Program-made: the position numbers and the translations under genes | The notes under the pieces: model-generated | What the model saw: only the letters and a program-made list of their open reading frames with translations | Databases searched by the model: none | Told to the model about the DNA's origin: nothing | Shown: piece after piece, positions 49,501-61,850 of the stretch | Layout: the number at the start of each line of letters is the position of its first letter | Position numbering within the stretch: position 1 is the first letter of the stretch | Assembly: GCA_021613535.1 (NCBI GenBank) | Contig: CP075492.1 | Location: forward strand, 20,274,001 to 20,338,000 | Direction of reading: 5' to 3' | Origin: Adineta vaga | Taxonomy: Eukaryota > Animalia > Rotifera | DNA length: 64,000 nt

Positions 49501-51287
49501 CATTATTAGAAAAGTGGACAATTATTGATAGTATGAAATATAAACGATTTTATCACACAGCATCGATATTACCAAATGGAAATGTATTAATTACTGGTGG
49601 ATCTTCGTATTTTGAAGCTATCAATAGTTCTGAATTATATAATCCATTAACAGGAACGTGGTCATCCACTGGTAGTTTAAATCATCAACGTTCACGACAT
49701 ATAGCATCTGTATTAATAAATGGAAATGTATTAGTTGCTGGAGGACAGAACGGTACTGTTTCCCTAAATACTGCTGAATTGTATGATTCATCCAGAAAGA
49801 CTTGGAGAATGACTGGTAGTATGATGTATACACGTACTGATCACGCTACATCTTTATTAAAAAATGGAAAAGTTTTAGTTATTGGTGGATCTCTAGATGG
49901 TTACCGTGTTCTAAATAGTACTGAATTATATGATCCATTCACAGAAACCTGGACAACTACTGGAAGCATGAATTATCCCCGACGTGGTCACACAGCATCT
50001 CTATTAGATAATGGAAAAGTGTTAGTTACTGGTGGAGTTAATAGTAATCATTATCTAGATAGTGCTGAGGTGTATGATCCATCAACAGACATTTGGACAA
50101 GTATTGGTAATATGAATGGTAAACGAAGTTATCATACAGCATCCGTATTAAAAAATGGACGAGTGGTAGTTGCCGCAGGAACGATGAACGGTTTTAGTCC
50201 TCTACAAAGTGTTGAATTATACGATCCATTCACCGAGACTTGGATAACTACTGGTAGCATGAATCATATACGGCAAGATCACGAAGCATTGGTATTAACA
50301 GACGGAAAAGTGTTGATTATTGGTGGAGATGCATATGGTGGTCCTTTAAATAGTACTGAATTGTATGATCCATTAACAGAAAGTTGGACAAGTACTGGAA
50401 ACATGAAATATGCACGAGTGGGTCACACAGCATTTGTCTTGGGAAATGGAAAAGTGATGGTCACTGGTGGAGTCAAGTATGATGAACGTGTAAGTATTAC
50501 TGAGTTATACGACCCATCGACAGGAAATTGGACAACCACTGGTAGTATAAATCATGTACGAGATAAACATACAGCGTCTGTATTAACAAATGGAAAAGTA
50601 TTAATAGCTGGAGGATATAACGGTACTAAGTATCTAAATAGTACTGAATTGTATGATCCATTAACAGAAAGTTGGGAAATTATGGGTAGTATGAATCATG
50701 CACGAGCTGGACATACAGCATCCATATTAACAAATGGAAAAGTATTAGTTGCTGGGGGATATGATGGGGTTGATCTCGTTAATAGTTCCGAATTGTATGA
50801 TCCATCGACGGGTGCCTGGATAATGAGTGGTAACATGAATCATGCACGAGCTAACCATAGAGCATCCGTATTAACAAATGGAAAAGTGTTAGTCACGGGT
50901 GGGGCGGTTTCGATGATGAGTTATCAAAATAGTGCTGAATTATACGATTCATCAACAGGAATTTGGACAATCACTGATAGCATGCATGATCGACGAGTGG
51001 GACACACATCATCTGTGTTATTAAATGGGGAAGTCATGGTGACTGGTGGAGAGGATGATCTTATATCTCTGAATAGTGTTGAGTTGTATGATCCTTCAAC
51101 AGAAACTTGGGAAAATTGGGGTAGTATGAATCATGCACGATCTTTTCACGGAACATCCATATTACTAAATGGAAAAGTATTAGTTACTGGTGGAAGGACT
51201 TTTGAGGTTGGTTCTCAAAATAGTGCTGAGTTATGTGATCCATTATCAGAAATTCAAACAAATACTAATAATATGAAGAGTACGTAA
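46574..51287 (+). CDS. Type II membrane protein: TM helix, Thr/Ser mucin stalk, 21 Kelch repeats; 2 exons (46574-46973, 48211-51287)
   Basis: CAG|gtaag donor and ctag|GA acceptor join in frame (SGW); 21 GKVLV.GG units counted. Confidence 0.88.
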
Positions 51288-52169
51288 TAGAATCACAGTG
51301 GATCCGTATTAACAAACAAACATGTATTGATTCGTAGCGAATATATTGAGAGTCTGTTTCGAACAGTGCAGAATAATATTAAATAAATTAATAATAAAAA
51401 TTTGTTCGGCTTATCCGCAGGTAATGTAATTACAATATCATATAGTTTATTATTAGTCTTTTTTACTATTCACATTTAAAAGAAAACTGTTCATTTATTT
51501 GTCGAATAATCGTATAATCGACATTCGATAACGTCTTTTTGTAGAACGGTAATACTGTGTAGTTTTCGAGTATTTTTATCAATAATATTTCGTCGAATAC
51601 ATCTATCGAAATAATTTCCATAACAGAAGCAATTTGATGACATACAAACATAACTAGATTCATCACAAACAAGAACCGATGTAAATGAATGAAGATCTAA
51701 ACATTTCGATCCTTGTATATGTTTAGACAAACTATTCAAAAGTAAAATAACATTTTCATGATTTTACACAAACATAATTTGGAGGCAGTTGAGCAAAAAC
51801 TGTTTAACTCACGTTGATATCTTAAAAACAATTGAAAGATTATTATTTTCTATAGAAAAAAAAAGTTTGATATGAAATATCATCACGCGTGTAAAAAGAA
51901 ATGATATCATTTTTTATTTTTATTGATAAAGTTCGTGTGACACGTCGATGAGTGGTAAGAGGTAAAAGACCAACATTTTGAGCACGTACTTAAATAACTG
52001 TTTTTCTTTTATTGGAATCTTGTGGAAGAACCTTCATCTTTATCAAACAGTTGGCTGACGAAAGTATGGTAAAATGGCCTTTCAACTTATTTTCATGTCG
52101 GTTTTCTTTCTAATAACTGCTGTTCCTTTTGCTATCATTGTTGTGCTTCGTTACTTTGTTACCTCATCT

Positions 52170-52329
52170 TGAGGGTGAGGGTGTGGGTGAGGGTGTGAGG
52201 GTGAGGGTGTGGGTGTGGGTGAGGGTGTGGGTTTGGGGTGAGGGTGGGTGTGAGGGTGAGGGTGTGGGTGAGGGTGTGGGTGTGGGTGAGGGTGTGGGTT
52301 TGGGGTGAGGGTGTGAGGGTGTGGGTGAG
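52170..52329 (+). repeat. Interstitial telomeric tract (TGAGGG/TGTGGG)n
   Basis: ~160 bp of mixed repeats. Confidence 0.95.
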
Positions 52330-52801
52330 TAGAATTACCACAAATACAAAGTATTTTCACTTTTTTTGACAAAAGATTATCAAGTGGCAAGTATTCGTAT
52401 AGAAGACTCACGAAGAATACCTGGACAAATTGACTTTTGAATGTGTGAGGCTGGGAATGTGAATGTAATAAGCATATGTTTGTTTTGTTTTATGTGTTGA
52501 TGTTCTTTGAACAATGGGAACCTGTTTTGGCTCTTGATATTATTAATATCGTTATTTCGAAAATGCGGGTCTTTACGAGGATTGGCGATTTCTTTTGAAG
52601 GACGGTAAGTGTGCTTCTGAAGGTGTAATCGAAAGAGTGTAGACTAAATCTACAAGAGAAATACAGATTAGAGTAATTGTTGCGATATGGAGACAGCAAA
52701 TTCATGAATAAAGTTGTTGCTTTAGTATATCAATTCTAGGAACGAAGAGTATGAATTACAACAAAAGATTGTTTGGAAGATTTCATAGTTAATAGAATAA
52801 T

Positions 52802-54092
52802 TTAAGAGTTATCTACTTTCGTAGTTGTTGGAAACAGTATTTTTAAGGTTTGTTCAAGATTAAATTGACCACATTGAATCATGTTAATTTGGCGATTTTC
52901 GATGGCAATGACAATGGTATCAACAATCGGTGGCTTTGTAAATTTTTCTTGATTCTTCAGTAGTTTTTGTTTTTCGTCGTTTACTTTTTGAATACATACT
53001 TCACAAAATGCTTCAGCGTGATATATAGTTTCTTGTATTATATCGTTTATAAATTGATTTATGGAATGTGCTTCAATACTTGTTGTTGAATGGACTGTAG
53101 GCAACAAATAGTGTTTATCAAACATAACATGTGTAAATATATCTATAATTTTAGCTAAACCAAGATTTTGAAAAGTGCACAATGATAATGTTGAGGATTT
53201 CGGGGATGTCAGTAACCAATTTTTGAACAAAGCAATTTCATGTCTAAGTTTGTATTCATCATCAATTGCTTTCCAAATAAGTTTGGCTGAGTGTATCTAA
53301 ATAAATTCGACAAAATGCATAATATATGAAATGTAATATTTGTCTTTTGTGTTTACATACCTCTGTCTGTGTTGGTCTTAATTTGTAGAAATTTTGAACT
53401 AATTCATGATCTTTCGCATGAAATTTTAGAATACTTCTACGTCTTTGAAGTTCCATACGTAATTCATATTGATCTTGGTGTACAATGTTCTTGATGATAG
53501 TCATGAGCTGATTCGAGTCAATGAAAGCTGGTATTTGTTTCATATGTTCGACGACATCAGTCTGAATCTTTTCCAAATTCTTCTTATATCGATTACGACG
53601 CTGTTCGACTAAGACTCTTGAACGACCGTAAGTGTAACTCATTGAATTGACGAGGGCCATATTTTTCGATACTCGTCCACTCCATATATGTTCAGTAATC
53701 CCAAGTTCGTAAAAATAATTCCATTGATCATTTTGAACTTGTAAATAATTGGGTGTATTGACTAATTGAGTCAATGGACGGACAAGTGCGAAGATTTCAT
53801 CGATATCTAATAATTTACTGAAGAAATGTCCCTCTGTATCAGATATGATTGCCGTTAATAATAGTGCTTTAAAATCTTCGTTTGAAAGTTTTGTATAATC
53901 GGTTAGGAATAGAGTAGGATCTGCATTGGAGATAATGTAGAAAGGATAGTATTGTTTCTTATTAATAAATGATGTGTTTGATTCATTGAATTGCATAACT
54001 TGATCTAGTTGCCATTGTTGAACACTTTTGTTCGAAACTGACCTTCTATGGCGTTGTTTCTGGATACCTCGACTTTGTTTTGATTTTGTCAT
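52802..54092 (-). CDS. Terminon coiled-coil ORF (2 exons)
   Basis: Homologous to 9660-10928, same intron position. Confidence 0.75.
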
Positions 54093-54325
54093 GTTTCTGT
54101 ACACTAGGTGTAATGAAGAGAATATATGGTTTCAGATAATCTAAAGTAGACAAGAAAAGAACAGTGAACGTGTAACTTTATGCTATTTTGAAAAAGAAAA
54201 GAATCATCGAAGAAGTCAACACAAATGAACAACGATTTCTAAACAAAGAAGATTCTTCTATAATATAGGAGCTGTAGATGTTTATATTGTTCATTGTACA
54301 GGAATGGGTCGAGTAGATTTATTTT

Positions 54326-55746
54326 CTAAATGTAGAAGTAAAAAACGATGCGACATAATATAGTAATATGAAGGATAGTATATTTACTTTTTCTCAATGG
54401 ATCTTTCAACAGAGGTGAACGCGGACGTTTACATGATAATTCAAAATCTAGATCAGGATTATTTTGATGACCGACAATTAATCGGATATTGCTATGTTCT
54501 GTATTCTTAAACATATCATTGTGAATTTCATGGATAGATCGTTGCAATCCTGATAATCTTGCTTCATGTACACAATGAATAAAAATCGTGTTTTGATATT
54601 TGTCATTCCATTTTTTCTTCACTATTGTTTCTGGAAATGGTGTGATTATTCGTCGATCCGTTTGAATATCTGTAATAATATCAACTGTAGCAGCGTTTTG
54701 TGTTACTATTGTTTGTGGTATAGTTGGTTGAGCTAATAATTTTTCACGCATAGTTAAGAATTCTTGTTCATTGTTGAGCAATGGTATGATACGTGAGGAA
54801 TACGACGGAAGATATTTCGTAAAAAATCGTTGAAATTCTTTATTGATGTGTTTTGATGGATAACTACAAGAGAATCATGAAGAGTTTTATTTAAGAAAAG
54901 AAAAAGAATCATTACCTATTATATAATAACATCAATCGGACATTGCGTTGTTCTTGATTGAATATTTCCAATGTTGTTGAATATCGAAGAGCTCTCATAA
55001 GTGCAGTTTGTATACAATTTCGAAAGATATGTCGCGGATGATCTGATAGAAAGCAGAGAATGGTCGGCTCTGCTGCTAGCTTATGATAGACTGATGATAT
55101 AAGAGTACCGTTCTGATTTTGAAGAAGAATATCTAAAAATGGAAGACTTTTACTAATCTGATATTCTAATTTAATATTCGGATGAAATTTATTTGCTGTA
55201 TCCAATAGTTTCGTGAGATTTTGCTTCGAACCATTCCAAGTAAAGAAAACATCGTCAATATATCTATGTATAATGGAAGAATGAGAAGCATCGATGTTTG
55301 AAAACGAGCATTCAGCTGAACTTACCGGCCATATAATTCACGAGAGGGTAAATTAGAAAGAATGGTTTGTTTTTCCCAATACCACATGAATATATTTGCT
55401 AATGTTAACGTAAATGGAGAACCCATAGCTCCACCGATAATTTGTCGATAGAATTTATTATCATGTACAAACACATTTTTCTGAAGTACCATACGAGCCA
55501 GTTCGATAATAGTATCGATCGAAATCCCATTCGAATGAGTACATTGATGCTCACGAAGAAATTGTCCGAGAATCATTAATGACTCTTCTTGTGGTAATAT
55601 CGTATATAGATTGTTAATATCGAAAGTAACAAAGAGTGTGGACGAATTCAAGTAACCATTTCGAATATATGTTTGAAATTTATCGAGAAGATCAACACCA
55701 TCATCGATAGTTGTGTGTCGCACGTATTTATCGAATAGTGGACGAA
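54326..55746 (-). pseudogene. Athena RT, C-terminal half with intact YIDD
   Basis: FDINNLYT, GGAMGSPF, GR|YIDD and LLYN| introns at the same positions as in the 5803-9506 RT. Confidence 0.88.
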
Positions 55747-55750
55747 TTAA

Positions 55751-58700
55751 CCCTAGTACTCCCAAGCCTATTTTTAGCGATAAAAATAGAATGCATTTTG
55801 AGAAGGATATTTTTGTCTCTTTCAACAAGCATCTGATTAAAACTGAGTTGTTTCTAAGTATTAGTCAATCAAAAATGACTAAACTAATTGGTTTTGTTTA
55901 TTTAGAACAATTAATACGAAAAACGCGTTTCATACTATGCTGTTTGCATATAGGCTCTGAACATTTGTAGCATGTATTAGAAACTTTTCTGTCACTTGAA
56001 TAATCGCAAAGTGAACATCGTTTTCGCTTGGAGCGTGCAGAATCTGTGACAAATGTTTCTAATTCTGTTTCTATTCGCGGATAACCAAATCGAACTAGCG
56101 CATTTTGAATATCTTTGTGTAATGTTGATGAGTTTTTTATGCGAAAATCTAAAAGATAGGATGTCAGAAGTGTTCCTAACTCTTCTAGAAATAGACGACG
56201 CTTGTATTTTTTATTCGCATTCCAATTTGGATTTTTCTTTTTCCATAAGCTCATTGCATTGATAGCAGCAGCATCAATCATTCCATAAAAAACACATAGT
56301 GGCCATCGTCTTGTACCTCTTTTTACAGAGTACTTGTGACACATTTCGTCAATAGTGTCAACAGCCCCTTTGCTTTTGTTATAGTCCAGAACAATATTCG
56401 GTTTTCCAGTTCCGATATCTACTTTGCTATCATGATGCATAGAAGAGAGTAATATGACAGCTTTGTTTTTCTTTGGAACGTAAGACACCAGTGTTAGATT
56501 GTCGCTGAAACCGAATATCGATGAACCAACGTCGCGATTTTTATTTGACTGAAATTCGATAGGAATCTCGGGCTTATTTTTTCTCAAGGTTCCTACCAAA
56601 GTAAGTTTCTCTGAGTGTAATTCTTTCGCTAAATGAATACTGGTAAAGAAATTGTCGATCGTAACATTTCTATTCGAGCCGTACATTGGTTTCATTAGCT
56701 CTAAAACGACATTAGCACCAACAAATCGTTGCCGTTGTTCATTAGGTTGCCGTTCGATATAAGGAAATGCATCGAATATATAGTAAGAATTGACATCGAC
56801 ACAGAACCAGAATTTAATCGCATATTTATCCGGTTTAGATGGATATATTGACGAAATGGACACTTCCCTCGAAATCCCAAAAGCCGTTCGTCAATTGTAA
56901 CATGCGATCCAGGGTTGTAGCATTTCTTTAAATTTTCTCGAAAAATCTGTCCAAATTTCACGAGATACAGCGAATTTGTCCGTTCGTTTCCTCTCTTCTC
57001 GTGCTGTTTTATTGTCAAACCGAATTGATGAAATTATTGTTTCAAAGCGATTTCTTGACATGGTAGCTCTGAATATCGGAGATTCCAGTGGGCTTCTATT
57101 CCACAAAGATTTAATATTTTTCTTTGATTTTCTCATTAATCCACCCAATAATAAAAGCCCAATAAACGCTTTGAGTTCAATTAATGTTATTCGTTTCCGT
57201 TCACCATTAGAAGCTGTGTTACGATTTCCTTCGATATTTGAATAAACCATTATCTTGTTCAGCTTTTCCTCTGATATGAAACACAGAAAGGCGTCCTCGA
57301 CAGAAGTTATGTTTTCACTAAATTCTGTAAGTCCAGAATTCTCAGTGGCAGTATTAGAAAACGTTGTTTTGCTTGCATGTGATGGAATTGAGAACCAGGT
57401 CATCCTGGATCTGGAACTAAAGGGAGTTTCCTCGATAAAATCTATATTCGCATCGATTTGCAGGCGATCAAATTCTATGAGATCAATTTCACTCTCATAT
57501 TCCGATGTTTCACTTTGAGCATCATGTGTTTCCGAACCATTTTCGCTGTCTACATCAGAACAGTCTTCATTACAGAGCTAGGACAAGTACAAGTACAAGT
57601 ACCGCAAGTAAAAGTATTTTACTTGTACTTGCTAACCTTCATGATTAGAGGCGTATGACTGCTGGATGTACAGAGGTGGAAGACGCCTGTATCAATATGT
57701 GTTTGTATACAGAAGCGGTTTCTGTTGAAGATCGCGTTTACATAAGAATGATGAAATGGTTTTCCAGGGCATAACACATTTAACACGCAAAGAACATATC
57801 ACCATGTGATAACATATGATTGCATGACGTCATATACGTATATATGTACATATGGATGACTAGGATGAAAAAAGATGTATCATGACGTCATTGCGTGTCA
57901 ATCTTTTGAATTCTCCGTTTTTCTTATGCTTCTAGTAGTTTCGCTCCATATAAATACTGAATCGTATGATAGCAAAAGATTAGAAAATAGTTACTTCTTC
58001 CACCTGACCTTTTCGTATTATATAAACTTCTTCGATTTCAAGCCTGGAAAAGGCAAGAAGATATATGGCACATGTAAATCTCGTGGTGAAACTTATACGG
58101 ACATAGTTGGTTTAACAGGAAACTTCCATAGACATCTCAAACGTGCACATGATGATGTTTATATTAAAGCAAAATCTCCGAATTCTACCAAGCCCATTGA
58201 AGATACAAATGATGTTTCGGAATCATTGACAAACAACAACGATAAAATTAATCAAACTATCCTTGAAGAATTAATTGTGAAGTACAATTTGCCTTTATCA
58301 ATAGCTGAATCTCATAGCTTTAGGAGCTTTATGAAAATACTTACTCCAAAATGAAAAAACACGTCCTCTCGTTACTACACCAAAGTATTATTACCATCCT
58401 TGATAAAGAATATAGAAAACAAAATAAAAAATTTGCTTCAAGATGTTAAACATCTAACAATTACAATCGATCTTTGGACTGATAGAAGAGGAAGATCCTT
58501 TGTTGGTGTTACAGGTCATTTTCTTGATTCGCATAGTGTTCCACAAGCTCTTCTTTTGGATTTTTTACGCTTCAAAGGTGCACACACTGAAGAAAATATC
58601 CATAATATTACGGAACAAATACTGGACAAATTGGAGGTAAGCATAACTGATATCATTAGCTCACCTAATGCGAATTGTAGTACGAATCTTTTAAGATCTT

Positions 58701-60923
58701 ATTCTATGAAAGTGTATAAAAATATCGGAATTTTAAGCTAAAAGTATATTTTCTATCAGTCAAGAAAATGTGATATTGTAATCACTGGTGCATGATGAAT
58801 TTCTTTTATAGATCAAGGATAAAGTGTTTCGCATTGTGACAGACAACGCTGCTAATATGAAAAAAGCATATAAATTTGGTTTGAATGTGGTGGAAAATCA
58901 CGGAAATGTTTCAGAAGATAATAATGATCAACAACAAGGTGATAATTCATTAGATTTTATCATTGATGATGTTACGGCACCAGATGAATGGACTTTAATT
59001 GATTGGTGTGACAGTGACAAAGATTCCGCTGGTGCAAATACTGACCGTGAAATACGTTTGTCATGTTTTGCGGATTCCCTCCAGTTGTCTATTCGAGATG
59101 GATTGAAAAATACTCCTCTCTTATCGAAGTCGTTATCAAAATGTATCAAGTTAGCTCGACGATCTCATAAGTCAACCAAAGTAGCAGAACTTCTTGAGGA
59201 TGTTGGAAAGACAATAAATCGGTCAAATGCAACAAGATGGAGTTCTGAATATTTATTAATCAAATCGATTAAAGCTTTAGGGGAAAAAATATTGATGAAA
59301 TTATGGATCTTATTGACGATAGTAATTTTAAATTCAGTAGTAATGATTTCACTGTATTGCAAGAAGCAATCGACATTTTAGAGCCGTTTGCTGAAATAAC
59401 TTGTCGTATTCAATCGGAATCAGTTGTTACTGCTAGTCTTGTGGTTCCATCAATGGTTCATATTATCGATCATCTCAAGAATAATAAGCCAAGTATTCAG
59501 TTTTTGAAAAAAATGTGTAATCAACTTGAGACTTCTATTTATACAAGATTTGCTGGTATCACGAAACGATTAACACAACGAATAGTTTCCACAGATGATC
59601 CTTTCTCGGATCCACTTTACTTTGTTTCTGCCGTTTTGGATCCTGAGTTTAAGTTCTATTGGCTTGCTCAAATGGACTATAAGCCCACGATGGAAACACA
59701 GATGAAACAGTTATTGATTCAGTTAATATTAAATGAGTGCGATACAAATGACAACATATCGTTCGACGATACACTAAGTTCACAATCATCACCATCAAAA
59801 TTTACTCTAAATAGTTATGCAACACAAGTAGTTGATACGTCAATCATTAAAAAGCGAAAATTGTTCCAGTACGATGATAATCACAATTTTTTACTTAAGT
59901 CAAAAGTGAATCCTTTGAGCGAAATTAATGCGTACATAAATGATCCAATGCGATCCAAATTCTCACTATACTGGAACAGATCGCAGTTACATTCGTTAAA
60001 AGCTGTGGTTGAACGAATATTTTCTGTGCAAGCATCTTCAGCACCTATTGAAAGAGTTTTCAGTCAAGCAGGCATCATTATGACTCCTAGACGAACATCA
60101 ATGCAAGAAGAAGTTTTTAGAAGTTTAGTCTTTTTACGTGTGAATCAAGACTTCATCTAAGAGACGATTTTAAAACTGACTCTTAGTCTCCATACACTTA
60201 AATATTTTTACTTTACCTTTTTCTCAGAAATTGTTTTATGCATGTTCCGTTTTCACGATTTTTTAATATTTATAATACATGATTTTAAATAACAACACAA
60301 TCTCAATGGCTTAATTTTGCGTATATCAACTACAGTGGAACGCAATACCTAAATACTAAAATAGATTTTGATCCCATGATAAGAAATGGACATCAATTCA
60401 TGGTCAGAGTGTTGGACCGACTTAATTCATAAAACGACCGCTGCAGGAAAAAGCAAACACTAAGTACAAGTACTCTTGTTGAAGTACAAGTACAAATACT
60501 TGCGTCCTAGCTCTGCTTCATTATTTTCTTCTTCAAACCAAGTTCCTTCTTCCATTATTTTATATTATGACTCTCGACATTTTTGTTCGTATTATACACG
60601 AATCCAAAAGAAAGAATAGAAAATTCAGAAATAAAATGAAGTAAGAAGAACACCATAGAACATACTTGAGTCATGAAAAAAAAATCGAGAATAGTGATAG
60701 AAAATGTTTGATTTATTCATAAGTACAGAATATAAGAAAGGAAAGGAAAATATGTGCATAGTAGAATGATATTCTATCAAACATGTATTTCTTTCACACG
60801 AGACAATTATATATTATTCACAATGTCTTTCATGCTTCCAACCATGAAAAAAAAAGATTTTTACAGTATTTTCATGCTTTTCAAAAGCAGGGTCCATTTG
60901 GACCCTGGTTGGTAGTACTAGGG
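55751..60923 (-). mobile_element. piggyBac transposon (frameshifted, interrupted by hAT)
   Basis: TTAA flanks, TIR CCCTAGTACT; TIDERL, DNFFTS, GTLRKNK, YNKSKGAVD. Confidence 0.92.
57573..60515 (+). mobile_element. hAT transposon (BED finger, decayed transposase ~58000-60160)
   Basis: TIR CAGAGCTAGGAC, 8-bp TSD CTTCATTA; DLWTD, TDNAANM, TRWSS, SSAPIERVFS. Confidence 0.95.
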
Positions 60924-61850
60924 TTAATAACTTCGTTTTTTTAAAATAAAATTACTTTGTGTTTTTTTCAGTTAAACATGCTCGTTAGTTCTTTTCGAAG
61001 AATGAGTTTGTACATTCTATGAATTTTCGGGAGACTTATATAAATTGATGTCTCGATTGTTCTCGATGAATGCATTCCTATTCTTTGATACACATTTTCA
61101 GAGAAGACTTTCTCTCGAAATTGCGTATATAGAAGAAAAAAAGAATATTCCTGGAAATCTGTACTAAAAAAAACGTTGAGATATTTTGATAATCGTTTTT
61201 TCTTCTTCTTCGTAATTACAGTCTCTACTTTGTATTTGCATGACTGACACCGCCAAAATCGAATGGATATATCTTTTTTTAATTGAGTTTGAAATTGTAA
61301 AGATAATCAAAATCATTTGTTAAATATTAGTTTCTCTACTGAGATTTCACGTCGGAAAAACAGGAAGTTTATTGTCAAAAATCTTTTAAAGTACCGCAGG
61401 TAGAAATTAAAGATGAAAAAAAATTTATCAGAAATATTCCATTCCATTTTCCAGGAACGAAATTTTTCTCGGAAACTGCTCATATATATGAGAAAGCAGC
61501 TTCTCTTTCTAAATAATTGCGTCTAAAATATAGAAGAGAAATAAATGTTCTTACATTATAGTGATTATTTTTTATACGTTGCATTTTTCTTTTACGATAC
61601 AGCATATAGAGTCAACTCAAACAACAGGCGAGATTAAAAATGAAATTGATCACAGAGAGAGACGTCTATTAATCTTTAGAGTATTCTAAAGTTGGACTGG
61701 AGCCTTTTAAAAATGCTATTAACGTCATTAGAATCTTTTGATGAACTATTATTAGTGTCCATGTTGTTTTGATTTTTATTGTAAAAAGTCATACTGAAGT
61801 TGTTTAGTTTTCGCGTATATACTCCTTCTTACTTTTTATACTTATGATAG

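Larger units (their letters stand above)
52330..55746 (-). mobile_element. Second Terminon fragment attached to the telomere tract, cut by a piggyBac
   Basis: RT and coiled-coil ORFs point toward the tract; no hammerhead recognised. Confidence 0.85.

Noticed and set aside
52330-52800. Hammerhead at the second Terminon 3' end
   Set aside because: No CTGANGA...GAAA core with stems found on the minus strand
57458-57658. ORF with QVQVQV
   Set aside because: Spans the piggyBac/hAT junction and the CAAGTA subterminal repeats
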